DNA from: the human T2T-CHM13v2.0 reference genome, Homo sapiens
Reading direction: 5' to 3' (one strand)
Length of the DNA: 64,000 nt
Assembly: GCF_009914755.1 (NCBI RefSeq)
Contig: NC_060935.1
This document shows, one piece after another, positions 38,981-51,739 of this stretch; within the stretch, counting starts at the first letter, position 1, and the number at the start of each line of letters is the position of its first letter. A program made the position numbers and the translations under genes. Under the pieces are notes generated by a model. That model had not been told where the DNA came from, searched no databases, and was given only the letters and a program-made list of their open reading frames with translations.

Positions 38981-41900
38981 AACTCACTCCCTAACTTGAT
39001 GGCTTAAGAAAACATCCATTTACTTAGCCCTTGTTTTTTCAATATGGGCTGTATTCAGCTAGGCAGCTCCTGTCTTCAGTCATATACCTGCAATTGGTTG
39101 CTAAGTTGGCTTGGGACAGATTGACTTTCACTGAGATGGCTGGTTTCTGCTCCACTCGGTCTATTCACCACCAGTAGGCTAGCCCAAGTTTAATGCATAT
39201 GGCAACTAGAAGAATTTTCAGACAGCTACACAACTTCTCAAGGCCTGGGCTAGTCACCTCTGCAATGTTATATTGGTCTAAGGAAGTAATAAATCTAGCC
39301 CACATTCAGGAGGTGAGGAAATAGACCGCTTATGGAGGAAGCTGCAAAAATGCATTATAAACTGTGTGACTACAAGGAACATAATAACAGTGGCTATTTT
39401 TGGAAACCATCCAACATCCCATCTATCAGATTCCTTGTCAAGGAGGGAAATGCTCAGTGTGAAGCCACAAATCCCCAGGAGAATCTCTGGGTGGACATTC
39501 TTTCTCTACATTTTTACAAAAGTTTCATTTTACTAAATGAGCTACATTTTTACAAAATCATCATTTTATTACACCAAAAATAAGTGGTTAGGAAACTACC
39601 TTTTAAAAGATATGCCATCCCTATTTTTACAGCTAAATTAGACTATGTGAAATAACCACATAGAAACCTGTATCTTCAAAGGCAAATGAAAATTTGGGCA
39701 ATTCTTAAGTTAACAAAGGAGAATGGGCCAAAATCACAATTAGCCCAATTTTTTTTTCATTATCTTCACTGTACATGTTTTCTCTGTGCCCTTATTGTTA
39801 CCCATTCTTCTTGCCAGTATTAGCTACGCTAGTCTAGTATTTAACTTTACATGTTATAAATTATTTTGTTGATTGTAAAATACCACATGATTTCTTTGAA
39901 CTAAGTGGCAGTAAAATGACCCCTGTAGACACACTTTTGGGTAAGGGTTGGGGGCAGGAGACACCCAGTGTGATTTTATTCTAAATGTGGCTCAGATTTT
40001 TCTAAAACCCTAGAGTTAAGAGCCAAATTAATCAGCTGAGCTCTTCTTCCAAACATAGCTTGAGGGAGTTGGATGGAATAAGGCTTAAAGAATGAGACTA
40101 GAAAACTAAAAGTTTTATTTGAATTTTTAAATTATCTTCTGTCTTTTAAGAATTTAAGTTTTGTTTCTGGGTTAAAATTTGAAGCCTAAGGAAAAGTGAC
40201 CAAATGACTTCATAAATGTTCCTGAAGTATAATAGAATGCTTGACTTTTTCATAGTCATAGCACATTATACTACTTCAAAGCAGTTTTGCTTTCATTATT
40301 TTATCTGACTCTTCTTGACATTCCTTTAAGGTAGACAAGATTGATCATGTCTTTTTATGTCAGATGAGAAAATGAAACACGAGATTCAATATTTTTACAG
40401 GGTGACATTTGATTAAGGAGGAACTTGGACTTGAACCCAGGCCTCCATCTAGTTTTCTGTCACACCACACTGATCCTGAGCTGGAATTTCTAACTATTAT
40501 AATTTATGTAGTAAAATAGAATATTTATAGATTTTATCGTACTTTACAAACTTCTTAAAGACAAGAATTGACTCTTGGGAAGAAAAAAGTTCTTTGTATT
40601 TCAATACTTTGTATCTCAATATTTACACGCACATTGCATGTAATAGAGACATCATAGATACACTATAAAGAGGCAAAGAAGTGCAACAAACCTGTACCTG
40701 TCTCCAGCAAATGAAACATCCAAACTAAGTGACTTGATAGGAGATTTTAAAATAGCAGATGATTCCTAAAATGTCTAGATTCTACTAGAATAATAAAATG
40801 TAGGCAACCTGTTTGTACTGTTGTTCAAACTTCCATTTTGAATTATTCCAGGTGAGTTGTGCCAAGGTTTGAGATTTTCTATAACAAACAGAACAAACCA
40901 ATATATTTTTCTGTATAGATGAAATAATCTGAAAAATGAGTTACCTGTTGAGAGTTCAGTTTGATCGATTTGGATTATGTGGGGCAGAGATAAGGCACCA
41001 CATCTTTAATGAAACAGAGATGTTGCTTCACTCACTGTTTTTGCAGAAGTCACATGCTGCATAAAGTAACATTCAGAAGGAAAATATTTTTGGTTCTGAA
41101 TGACTCATATGAAGTAAAATTGGGTTTTATACATGACAGGCATGTATTTGCGTTTTAACCTAGCAATAAAAGTATTGTCAGGCTCCATCATCTTTTTTCT
41201 ATTTGAAGATTGTATTAAAAGTGTAACTGTACAAAAGAAAGTATCAAGGGGCTTTGACATATGTAAATAACATTAAAAAATGATCTTTTTAAAAATTAGC
41301 ACTTGAAATATTCTGTCAGTTCATGATGGCAAAATCTAAAAGGATTTAAAGAACACTGTGATCCTCCAAAAACAAAGTTATGCTATTGTTTTGCTACTCT
41401 GACCAGTTCCTTCCTCAAAAAAAAAAAAAAACATAATCCTATGTAACACCACTGGCCTAATACTTTGCAGCTCAGTTCCGACTACATTACTTTCATATTC
41501 AAAAGCCTTCAGTGAATTCCCTCTATGCACAAATACAAAAGCCCTTCATCTGATATTTAAGACTCTCCATCATGAGGCCTCACCAATTGCCCTTCCAACC
41601 TGATTCACTCTTTCTATTTATGGCCCTCTGCTGTAGCCAGACTTTTTATTACCCAGTGAACTGTGCATTTTTGCACATCATTATTTCTGTCACCTGATTT
41701 GCTTTCTCGTTCTATTCTGCATAACCCAAATCTCATCCATTCCCCTTTGCCTAACTTACCCGCCTCTTCCCCTTGAAATCCTTCCCTGCCTACTCCAACA
41801 TCAAGTGCTCCATCTATGCAGCTCTTACAAGCTGTTCTTTTTGTTTGCTAATGAGCATTATCATGCCTGCATCTATGTCTTCAACTGTAACATGTTTGAA

Positions 41901-42140
41901 CTATACAGTATTGATTATAAGCAACTTTTTTCTTCCCAACTCTTTTCTGATGACATAAGAAAGACAAAAAAAAAAGTTTATTGGCTTTGGTTCATTCATA
42001 GCTTTTTGAATCTTTAACACAGTATCAAAAAATGGTGCATGTATATTATTTTATTTTATTATTTATTTTATTGAAGATTAATTCTAATAATTAAAATGTA
42101 ATTTAATATTTATTTAATAATGCATATTTTCTTTTTATAG

Positions 42141-42337
42141 GTTCAGCTTCTTCACTGCATAAAGCAAACAGTCACAGGGGGTGATTCAGAAATTGTAGAT
42201 GGGTTTAATGTGTGCCAAAAACTAAAGAAAAATAATCCTCAGGCATTCCAGATTTTGTCCTCTACCTTTGTGGACTTTACAGACATTGGAGTGGATTACT
42301 GTGATTTTTCTGTACAATCAAAACATAAAATTATAGA
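42141..42337 (+). CDS. BBOX1: BBOX1 coding exon, 197 bp, about V214-E279
   Basis: ctttttatag|GTT CAG CTT translates as VQLLHCIKQTVTGGDSEIVDGFNVCQKLKKNNPQAFQILSSTFVDFTDIGVDYCDFSVQSKHKII(E); donor GA|gtaagt. Confidence 0.97.
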
Positions 42338-43317
42338 GTAAGTACTATTTATAAATTTCCCATAGCAATAAAAGAATTGACAACAAAAGATCCACTAATC
42401 TAAAGTTTAAACAGCACAAAACTTCAACGAACTTCAGAGCTTTATTTTTATTAACATTTCACCCAATTTTAGAGTGATAGTATTTTCACCATAAAAGTTT
42501 TTATTAAATTACATAAAATTTATCCCTAATCAGTATTAGAGGAAAAGTAACTAAGATTTCACGTATACTTCATTTTTAGAATATAAGTTCTACATAGCTA
42601 TAATCAATGTGATTATACTAATTAGAAGGCTTTTGGCCAGAAGTGAAAGAATATAACTCAAAATAGGTTGATCCCAAGAGTTAAACAATGTCATGTGATA
42701 TTGGTCTCTTTTTTCTTCTTAGCTTTGCCATCTTCTATGTTAGCTTTATTTTTCAAAGATGATCAGCAGAAGCTCCAAGATTTCATTTTCCTTACAGCTA
42801 GTAATCACACCACAAACAATGCTTTTACTTCCCAATAAAGCTAGATGACTCAATCCCTAATTTCTGTCCAAGTCTATCCCTGAATCAATCATCATGGCCA
42901 GTGGGTTAGAGAATTCTGATTGTCCATGCCTGGATCACATGTTCAACTCTGGAGCAGGGTCAGCCTCATCTGAATCACACGGACTGAGAATGAAACAGGG
43001 AGGCTCCCCAAAGAGATACTAAGCCAACAAAGATCATATATTACCTACACAGAACATTTTGTATTCTCCCTTTCTTTTTATTTAATATTATTTTATTATA
43101 ATTTTTCCAAGTACCTACAAAGGCCACAAATTCATCTTTTTATTTGCAAATTAACTTACATTTTGTTTCTACAACAGTTTATTTAATTATACCTCGATTA
43201 ATTTTGGTAGGGGGGTATAATTTTAGAATTTTAGAATTGAGTTTAAATTTTTCTATTAAGAGAAACAGCCAAATGGTATGAAAATAAACTCATTTAGAAA
43301 ATAATTAAATCCCCAGT

Positions 43318-44170
43318 ACATTCATTTATTCATTCAACAAATATTTATTGAGGCCAGCCACTTTTCTTGGTACTTGGAATACATCAGTGGACAAAACAAA
43401 GATCTCTCCCCTCATATAGCTTATACTCTAATGGGGGAAGGGAAATTTTAAAGATTTTTAAACAGATGAGTAAATTATAATAAAAGTTAAAAATTATTAA
43501 ATGCTTAAGAAAAAAAGGAAGAGCATAGCAAGATAAGGGGAATCTGTAGGGCTTAGCAAGGACGGAAATTGCATTATTAAAGAGCGTGGTGAGGGAAAGC
43601 TTTACTGAGATTTGAGCAAACACTTAAACGAGTGATGGAGTTTTCAGAAGAGAAGCAGTTTCCCGAAACTGCTAGACCAAAAGTTCTAAAAGGGTCCTAA
43701 GGACATGTCTGGAGTGTTCAAGGAACATCAAGGAGACCAGTGTGACTGGAACAGAGTGAAGGATGCAAGTATTAGGGGAGGAAGTCAGGTAGGGACAAGT
43801 TCCTGTAGAGTCTTGTTAGCAAATTATAACAGTAACATTTACTCTGAGTGAAGTAAGAAGTTGCTGCAAGATCCTGATCAAAGGAAAGACTTTGATATTT
43901 ATGTAAATTTAGTTATATTTTAAATGGGTCACCCTGACTGCTAGAAAGAGCAAGGATAGTAGCGGGAAGACCAGCTAGGAAGCTACTGCATGACTCCAGG
44001 CTAGCAATGGTGGTGCCTTGAACATGAGTGGCTAGAGTGACAGCAGTGGTGGTGTGGAGAAGGATCAGTTTTTGGTTACATTTTGCATGTATAAACAGAT
44101 TGTTTTCGTGAAAGATTGGAGGAAGTGTCTGAGAAAAAGATAGACGTCAAGAATGAAATTCTAGTCCAGA
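43318..44170 (-). mobile_element. L2a 3' region
   Basis: cattcatttattcattcaacaaatatttattgag terminus and gtgttcaaggaacatcaaggagaccagtgtgactggaacagagtga. Confidence 0.8.
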
Positions 44171-47002
44171 ATAAACCTGAGACGTTTTCTAAGAATTCAC
44201 TCATCAAGGTGAAAAGGAAATAACTTGAGACCCTTAGTTATAATGTGACAGTTTTAACTAGTCAAATATTAACTTAAAAATTCATGACAAATCAAAATTT
44301 TGTTAAGACACAATACGATTACAGATTCTGCAAGGCTAGTGAACAGAGGCAAGAAACATAGCTATAGATAAGATTAACTGAATGTCCACCATGTGGCTCA
44401 TGACTTGGCTTTGATATTTTCTGTAGTAAAATTTCAAAATTTGGCCATGTGTGAGGTCTCAGGAATAGCCCCTAGAGAATAAATATCAAGTGGTTAACAT
44501 TAATTCACTTAAAAGTATATTTTCAACAACAGGAAATGAAACAGAGCGTTCTCAGTTAACAGAGGGCCTCCATCTCCTAAGTGTTTGGGTTAATTTAATT
44601 TTCTTTGTGGTTAAATCCTTAAATTTTTATGTCCTAGTACAAAAATGTCTTTTATGCTGCTGACTGAATTACTTATAATTCAGTACAAAGAAAAATAAAT
44701 CAATAAAGAAACAAGCAAAATTAATGACGGTGAGACTCAGCTATCCTATCAACTACACATTCAATCACGTAAATTCAAGTCTTTTACTTGCCAGCTGTGT
44801 AATCTCTCATGTGATTATTTACCCTTGCTGATCCACAGTATATTTTCCAGTTAAAAAAACGAAAACAAAAAATACTGCCACACATGATTGAAGTAGGAAT
44901 TGCAGAGTTAATATATGGAAGCCCCTACTATTGTGCCTAGTTTAGAAAATGCAGAATACATTTTAGCTAGTTATAATATGCATGAAGTCCAACACACTTA
45001 CTGGGGGGAGATTTCTATTTCAGGTCTGAATTTCTAGAAACCAAAGCAAACAGAGACTATAATCAGTTATAAGACAAGATGCTTTCGAAGTCCGAAATAA
45101 ATTTTTCCTGCAGATCCTCATAAATTATGACATGGTAGACAACACTGTAGTAGTATTCCCACAACAAATACAACAAGTTCCATAAAACATTGTATCTATC
45201 AATGAGACATAATGCTGTCACTAATGAGGAGTATTCACAACACAAACTGTGGAAGATCATTTTAAAAGTCCTTTCTTTGGTTTTTTTTTTGTTGTTGTTG
45301 GCATCATTGATAATGTTTTGCTTTTGCTGGTTCACTGCCACTATGTTGTTGGTTTAAGTTTAATTAATTTGTCCTTTATGTATAGCGAATGTATAGCCAG
45401 TTACTCCCATCTTTTGTGGCTTTTTACCTTTCCTCAGCATGCAAACTTACATTAGACCCTGCTGTTCTGTTATAAGGCATCAAATTTCTTGCTAACCTTC
45501 AATTTTTCATTTTAGGTTGGTCTTCAAGGTACCAGCTACCCATCTCCTCTAACATTCTTCAATCCTCAGAATAATGTCCCCTCTATATCTTACAACAAAA
45601 TTTGCTTTCCATTCCCCTATTATTGCTGAGAATGCTAAATAATACATTTGTGTCTTGTTTTCTCAGATAAACAGTAGGTAAAAGAAAGCAGGGACTGTGT
45701 TACACTATAACACACACAAAAAGTTGATTACTTTTCTATATAGGTGAACTCTTAAAAATGAAAGCCTAATCTAGTATACCATGAGGCATCCAATTCTGAT
45801 TTTCATTACATTTATTAATCACAAAGTTCATTTCACTGATACATGAGGATATACCCAAGGACTCTAGAATAGTTAGCTCATAATTAGCATAACCATTCAA
45901 ATCAAGGAGCTATGGTAATAGTGGAAGAAAAGTAAAGCAGATCTTGAGGGTGACTGAAACAGACGACCCCCCCAGAAGTTCCAAAGTCATGACATCCCTT
46001 GGCGGATGACACAGAGGATAATGTTATATGTACAGAACACATAACAAGAAAAAAAAAGAGGAAAGTGGGTCAGAAGCAGTAGGGCTAGAATCTTGCAGTT
46101 AATATCAAAAGGCAAATGGCCTCAGACACTGTGACAGAGGTCTGAAACCAGCAGCATGAACTCTAAGGGGGTAATTGAAAGGTCGTGTAGTCTCTGTACC
46201 ACTAAATCCTAGAGGTACACAGTCTTTTCTACTGACTTCCCTTCCATCTGATTCTTTGTACATAAAGCTGTATCCAAAAGGCTCAGAATTCTTGATTTAT
46301 GTGAAAGCATGTGGAAGCAGGTGGGGTACTCCATTACCTAGTGAGTCACATTTGTATTGTTATTAATACATGCAAATCTATGTTTTAAGAGTCTAAGAGC
46401 CTTTTTGAAAGCCTGTTCCTTCCTTTTACTTCTTTCCCAGTGTGGGTTCAATAGGTAGTTTTAAGGCCTTACCCAATAAGCAAAGAATTGGTGCTAATCA
46501 CCAACTGTTGAGTTTACCATTACAATTGCCGTTTGGCTCAGAGCCACCATGCACAAGGGGCCCTGATCATCACAATTTGTACTTCACTGTCAATGGCATC
46601 TTTCCCCATTTGTTGATAATATTCACTAAATGTAACCCAGACCCCAAACCAGGGTCACCAAACCCAGGTGTATGTGTGTTTGGTCTGACCGACCAAGCCT
46701 TGGCCCTGGTCAGTTGTTGGCTCTCATTAGCACTTCCTGCACTTGTCCTTCTAGGATGCTGCTCCCAGGAGTAATCCTAGGTACTTTGCCACCATCCTTG
46801 GTCACCTTCAGTTTGCATGCATTCATCCTGTTTCTACCTAAAGAAAAGATAAAGTTGACTGACACTTTAAGATCGTCTGAAGGTCCACCTTCCCAATAAG
46901 CTACAAAAGAGTTTCCTCTTTTTGCCTCTGTATCTGGGTGATGTTCATGTCTTGCTAATTATAACCACCAAAGCTCAAATCTAAGAAATAATGTGCTTTC
47001 CT

Positions 47003-47315
47003 TATTTATTTATTAATTTATTTTTTTGAGACAGAGTCATATTCTGTTTTCCATGCTGGAGTGTCGTGGTGCGATCTCCGCTCACTGCAACCTCTGCCAC
47101 CTAGGTTCAAGCAGGTGCCTGCCACCACACCCAAGTAGCTGGGATTACAAGCATGGGCCACCATGCCCAGCTTTTTATTTTTTCTGTACTTTTAATAGAG
47201 ACAGGGTTTTGCCATGTTGGCCAGGCTGTCCTCGAGCTCCTGACCTCAACTGCCTCGCCCACCTTGGCCTCCCAAGGGAGGCAGGGATTACAGGTGTGAG
47301 CCACCGTGCCCGGCC
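47003..47315 (-). mobile_element. Old Alu (AluJb/Sz-like)
   Basis: (ttat)n tail then gagacagagtc through gagccaccgtgcccggcc; explains ORF 47026-47472. Confidence 0.93.
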
Positions 47316-48145
47316 TTCTTTCTTTATATTAAATGCTGTATTATCTTACATTGGCATGGTCATAATCCATATTTTGAGAAAGAGAATAGAGATCACAACA
47401 TTAAGAGCTCTCAAATTACTAAAAATAAAAACCTTAGTGCCCTCCCAAGGTACTAAAAAATATAGAGAGTGATATGTGCAACAAACATTTATTAACTGTC
47501 TGTTATGTCCAGGCTCTATGTTGAGTGCTAGGAATACAACATTAAATGAGATACAGCACCATCTTCTGGAAGACTCAATACTAAGATAGGTAGGATGAGT
47601 AAATAGATAGAAAGAATATACCTCAGGCTAGTCCCTTCTTTTCTCATGCTTTGGTTTTCCCACCTGTAAACTAAGGATTGAATTAGAATCATGCATTTCA
47701 AACTATTTAAAAAATAGAATTTTCTTCCCATCATACCCTCAAATAAAACCATCATACTTAGAACCTTAATAAATGAAACACATAGAACAATTGACCTATA
47801 AATTTGTAACATGAAAGGATTTTAATACCTGTTTCAAATAACAAAGAATGAATGACTTTAACTAAGCATAACAAAATTTTTAACTTGAATCTCTCAGTAA
47901 TACTTATTTTAATTTAAGTTGAGTTCTCCTGGTACTGAGGTAGTAAGATTTAGAAAAAAAATCTAAATGAATGAATGAAAAAAAAGAGAATACATTGCAC
48001 CACAGGTAGCCTTAATATCTTCTGTACATGTATTTGGATTTTTTAATATGGTGTTTCAAAAATATATTTGAAGAGGAATTGACTCTTATCAATGTAAATA
48101 GATATTTCATGAATTATATATTAATTTTTTCTCTTAATAAAACAG

Positions 48146-48312
48146 GTTAGATGATAAAGGCCAAGTGGTTCGCATCAACTTCAATAACGCAACTAGGGAC
48201 ACAATATTTGATGTGCCTGTTGAAAGAGTTCAGCCTTTTTATGCTGCTCTGAAGGAGTTTGTTGACCTCATGAACAGCAAAGAATCCAAGTTTACCTTCA
48301 AGATGAATCCAG
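48146..48312 (+). CDS. BBOX1: BBOX1 coding exon, 167 bp, about E279-G335
   Basis: aacag|G TTA GAT GAT translates as LDDKGQVVRINFNNATRDTIFDVPVERVQPFYAALKEFVDLMNSKESKFTFKMNP(G); donor G|gtcagt. Confidence 0.96.
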
Positions 48313-49161
48313 GTCAGTGAATACATTTTCTCAAATAACCAAAAGCATGGATTTTCTTCAACCTTAACCACCTAGAATTATATCCAGAGCAGTTTTTCTC
48401 AGGTATGGCATGTAGAACACCAACAACAGAATCTTGGTGAGCAACTGACTTGCTTATGTAGTGGACTCGTGGCCCTCATTGAGGTTTATGCTTAATTATT
48501 TTATCCTGATAAACAAATAGAAATATCCTCATGATTCTTACTCTAACACACACAAGTGATGCTTACTCATTAGGCTTTACTAGTGGAGACAGTACTACCT
48601 GAAATAAAGTAGTACCTAAAGTATTCCAGTTACTTGAGATAAAAAAAGCAGAAAGCATTATATTTTTTCTGGACCATCTCTACTCAGTAAAGTGCCATCA
48701 AACCTGAGGCTTTTGGCATCTACAATAAAAGGTGTAATTTCTCTCTGCTGTCGGTTTGGCCAGATGGAAGATTCTTTTCCTTTGTATATATTTTTAATTG
48801 ATCTTTGGTATAATAAGTTAATAGGAATCTCCATAAATCCACTGCCATGCAGTCACAGCAGGTTAATTTTAAAAATGGCAACATGTAAAATGAAAACATT
48901 ATAGGGGGAAAAAATACAAAAAATACAAGTTAGAATCCAAGCTTCGACTATTTAATGGCAGTGTAGTTTTGGGTAAATTCCTCAATTTTTTAAAGCTTCG
49001 GTTTCTTCATGTGTGAAAAGATGAGAGAATACTTTCTTTTCAGGATTCTTATGAGGCTTAGAAATAATGTGGCATAAAATACTAGGCACACAGAAGACAA
49101 ACTAAGAATTTCACTATCCTTTTTATTTTCTGAAGCTGTTAAACTGAGAAGAAACATTTCT

Positions 49162-49463
49162 TTTTTTTCTTTTTTTTTTTTTTTGAGACGGAGTCTTGCT
49201 CTGTCGCCCAGGCTGGAGTACAGTGGCGTGATCTCGGCTCACTGCAAGCTCCGCCTCCCGGGTTCACGCCATTCTCCTGCCTCAGCCTCCTGAGTATCTG
49301 GGACTACAGGCACTGCCACCACGCCTGGCTAATTTTTTCTATTTTTAGTAGAGACAGGGTTTCACCATGTTAGCCAGGATGGTCTAGATCTGCTGACCTC
49401 GTGATCCGCCCACCTCGGCCTCCCAAAGTGCCGGGATTACAGGCGTGAGCCACCGCGCCCGGC
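49162..49463 (-). mobile_element. AluY
   Basis: Diagnostic gcaagctccgcctcccgggttcacgccattctcc; exact 15-bp TSD agaagaaacatttct at 49147-49161 and 49464-49478. Confidence 0.96.
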
Positions 49464-49783
49464 AGAAGAAACATTTCTAATGAGGTATCGATCAGTCAAA
49501 ACGATACAGATGTTTTACACAGAGATAATATTTTAAATAAGAATGATTAAAATACCTTCAGGAGACTACCAGGCTAGGTAGTTTAATTGTCATAAGGTCT
49601 AAAGCAGTTTGCATCCAGTGGCCTGATTTGTGTGGAAAAGTAAATGTGCAGTTTCATGTAAAGAAATAAGCGATGATTCTTGATGTGAACCAAGCAGCAG
49701 CTGTGTTTTGCATGTTACATTTTCTAGCTCTGTAAGTCATTTAAACACACAATTATTCATATTGGAAAAAATCTTTTCTTTAG

Positions 49784-49944
49784 GTGATGTGATTACTTTT
49801 GATAACTGGCGCTTACTTCATGGCCGACGTAGCTATGAAGCAGGAACTGAGATATCCCGCCATCTAGAAGGAGCTTATGCTGACTGGGATGTGGTCATGT
49901 CAAGGCTTCGTATCTTAAGGCAGAGGGTGGAGAATGGAAACTGA
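49784..49944 (+). CDS. BBOX1: BBOX1 terminal exon, coding part (G335-N387, TGA)
   Basis: ttttctttag|GT GAT GTG translates as DVITFDNWRLLHGRRSYEAGTEISRHLEGAYADWDVVMSRLRILRQRVENGN*. Distal iron-ligand His at 49819-49821 in the DNWRLLHGR motif of TauD/BBOX-type 2OG dioxygenases. Confidence 0.97.
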
Positions 49945-50509
49945 AGTCACCTGTAGATAATTTTAATAAGATTCCAATGACCATATTTTGTGAGATATGG
50001 CACATTATTCACAGACCATGATCTTTGTGATTTACATATAATTTCCTTAACAATGAACATGTAACTTCTCTCACAAGAGTACTCTTTACTTTGTAATCAT
50101 ATACAATGTCAACTTTTTAGATGTTTCACCACTCTTTTGCAAATAAAGCATCCTTTCTGCTCTGTTGCATGCCTGCTCTAATTTCTTTTGCCCATATATG
50201 AGTATCTCCAGAATGTCTACAAATAGTTTTTGTAGCAAATGAAAATTTCTTCAAATAAGCCTTTTGTTTCAAATAAAACTTGTCTCAAAACATGCTTCTA
50301 CCCTGTTGCCTATAGGATCTCATTTTCCAAGACTGCACACGACCATCTTTAGCATGCTTGGAAAAGGTTTTATATTTCCAAAGATCTGTTTTATGCACTT
50401 TTATTATAGAATTCTTTTATCCAAATTTCCAGACCTTGCCAATTTAGTGATTCCAACATTTTCTTTTACTACCTAAATTATGACATCTAAACAAAGCATG
50501 ATTAATAAA
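49945..50509 (+). terminator. BBOX1: BBOX1 3' UTR with candidate polyadenylation signals
   Basis: AATAAA at 50142-50147, 50272-50277 and 50504-50509 after the stop codon; the site actually used cannot be read from sequence. Confidence 0.7.
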
Positions 50510-50527
50510 GAGAAAATCTAGTCTCAC

Positions 50528-50830
50528 TTTTTTTTTTTTTTTTTTTTAGACAGAGTTTCACTCTTGTTGCCAAGGCTGGAGTGCAATGGCGCTATCTCAG
50601 ATCACTGCAACCTCCACCTCCGGGGTTGAAGCAACTCTCCTGCCTAAGCCTCCTGGGTAGCTGGGATTACAGGTGCCTGCCACCGCACCCAGCGAATTTT
50701 TTGTGTTTTTAGTAGAGACAGGATTTCACCATGTTGGCCTGGCTGATCTCAAACTCTTGACCTCAGGTGATCCACCGGCCTCAACCTCCCAAAGTGCTGG
50801 GCTTACAGGAGTGAGCCACTGCACTCAGCC
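50528..50830 (-). mobile_element. AluSq/Sp-like
   Basis: Poly(T), gagtttcactcttgttgcc, gtgcaatggc and gacctcaggtgatcc diagnostics. Confidence 0.93.
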
Positions 50831-51739
50831 TCGTCTAATTTTATCTTGTCCCAAATAAATACTCCCAACCGCTGTCAGCATTGCTTCCATGTGTCTACGA
50901 ATCAGATCTCCTCATTTCTTGTTTTTGACTAACAACTGGACAAGGTAAAACCAAGAGACAGGTACTACTTATGAATAACACGATGTCTGCAAATCTCTGG
51001 ACAGCTTTCCCTGCTGGTCCCAGCTTCCTCCATAGTCACTGCCTTGCCCTAGTGATGGAACACAGGTGTCACTGCCAGCAATGGAAGTCCTATTCTTATT
51101 GAATCCAGTCTCTCTCTATCCCTGCCAAGAAGACTTAGCATTACCATTTGCTGAAATCCTGGTAGTTCATAGATTTTTGGACCTAATCAAGCTTCCTGTT
51201 CGAAAAGTCTTAATTATTGCCACCACTGCAGAGCTCTCTACTTGTTGCCTCCAGACCAAGTAGAAAACATTACTTCCATTGTTGTTTTGACTTTTGCTGC
51301 ACATCCATTTCAATTTCCACAAAGTGCGCCCATGGCACAGGGAGTCTAGATGAAGACTACCTTTAGCCTGTGTGGGCACACCACTCGGACACTTTGAATT
51401 CTGGTATGAAGTCCACATCTCCAGCCAAGACTCCTCCTTCCCTTATAACACTACCCCTTTCTGGGGTCCTCATTGTCCTTTTCTATCATCTGGTCTTGAT
51501 TTGGGCTACTGTAGTATATCACATGTTTGATTCCTTTGAACCACAAAGGGAATGAGTTGGGTTCTCAATCCCATACCTCCTAAAATGCTCCTAGAATAAA
51601 AACAAGTAAATTCGAGATGCATGGCCTGATTCTAAAACGCAACATTCAATACCTAAAAACAAATAATTTGCTGGAGTGACCCTAGATTCATCCATTCATA
51701 GCATCTAAACCCAAGGCACTTGCCCAGCTAAAGTGACTT

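Noticed and set aside
39506-39571. ~36-bp imperfect direct repeat (also 15-16-bp ones near 16051 and 40593)
   Set aside because: Ordinary slippage micro-duplications with no further structure.
40849-40857. Perfect donor CAG|GTGAGT on the + strand
   Set aside because: No convincing upstream acceptor; isolated consensus donors are common in introns.
45140-45360. Faint inverted similarity (aaaacatt...tatcaatga versus tcattgataatgtttt)
   Set aside because: Too short and gapped to distinguish from chance without alignment statistics.
47026-47472. 148-aa ORF
   Set aside because: Antisense Alu translation plus flank; a common artefact.
49708-49783. ORF-track N-terminal extension of the last BBOX1 exon (likewise 37844-37944)
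   Set aside because: Intronic read-through upstream of clear AG acceptors; not part of the protein.
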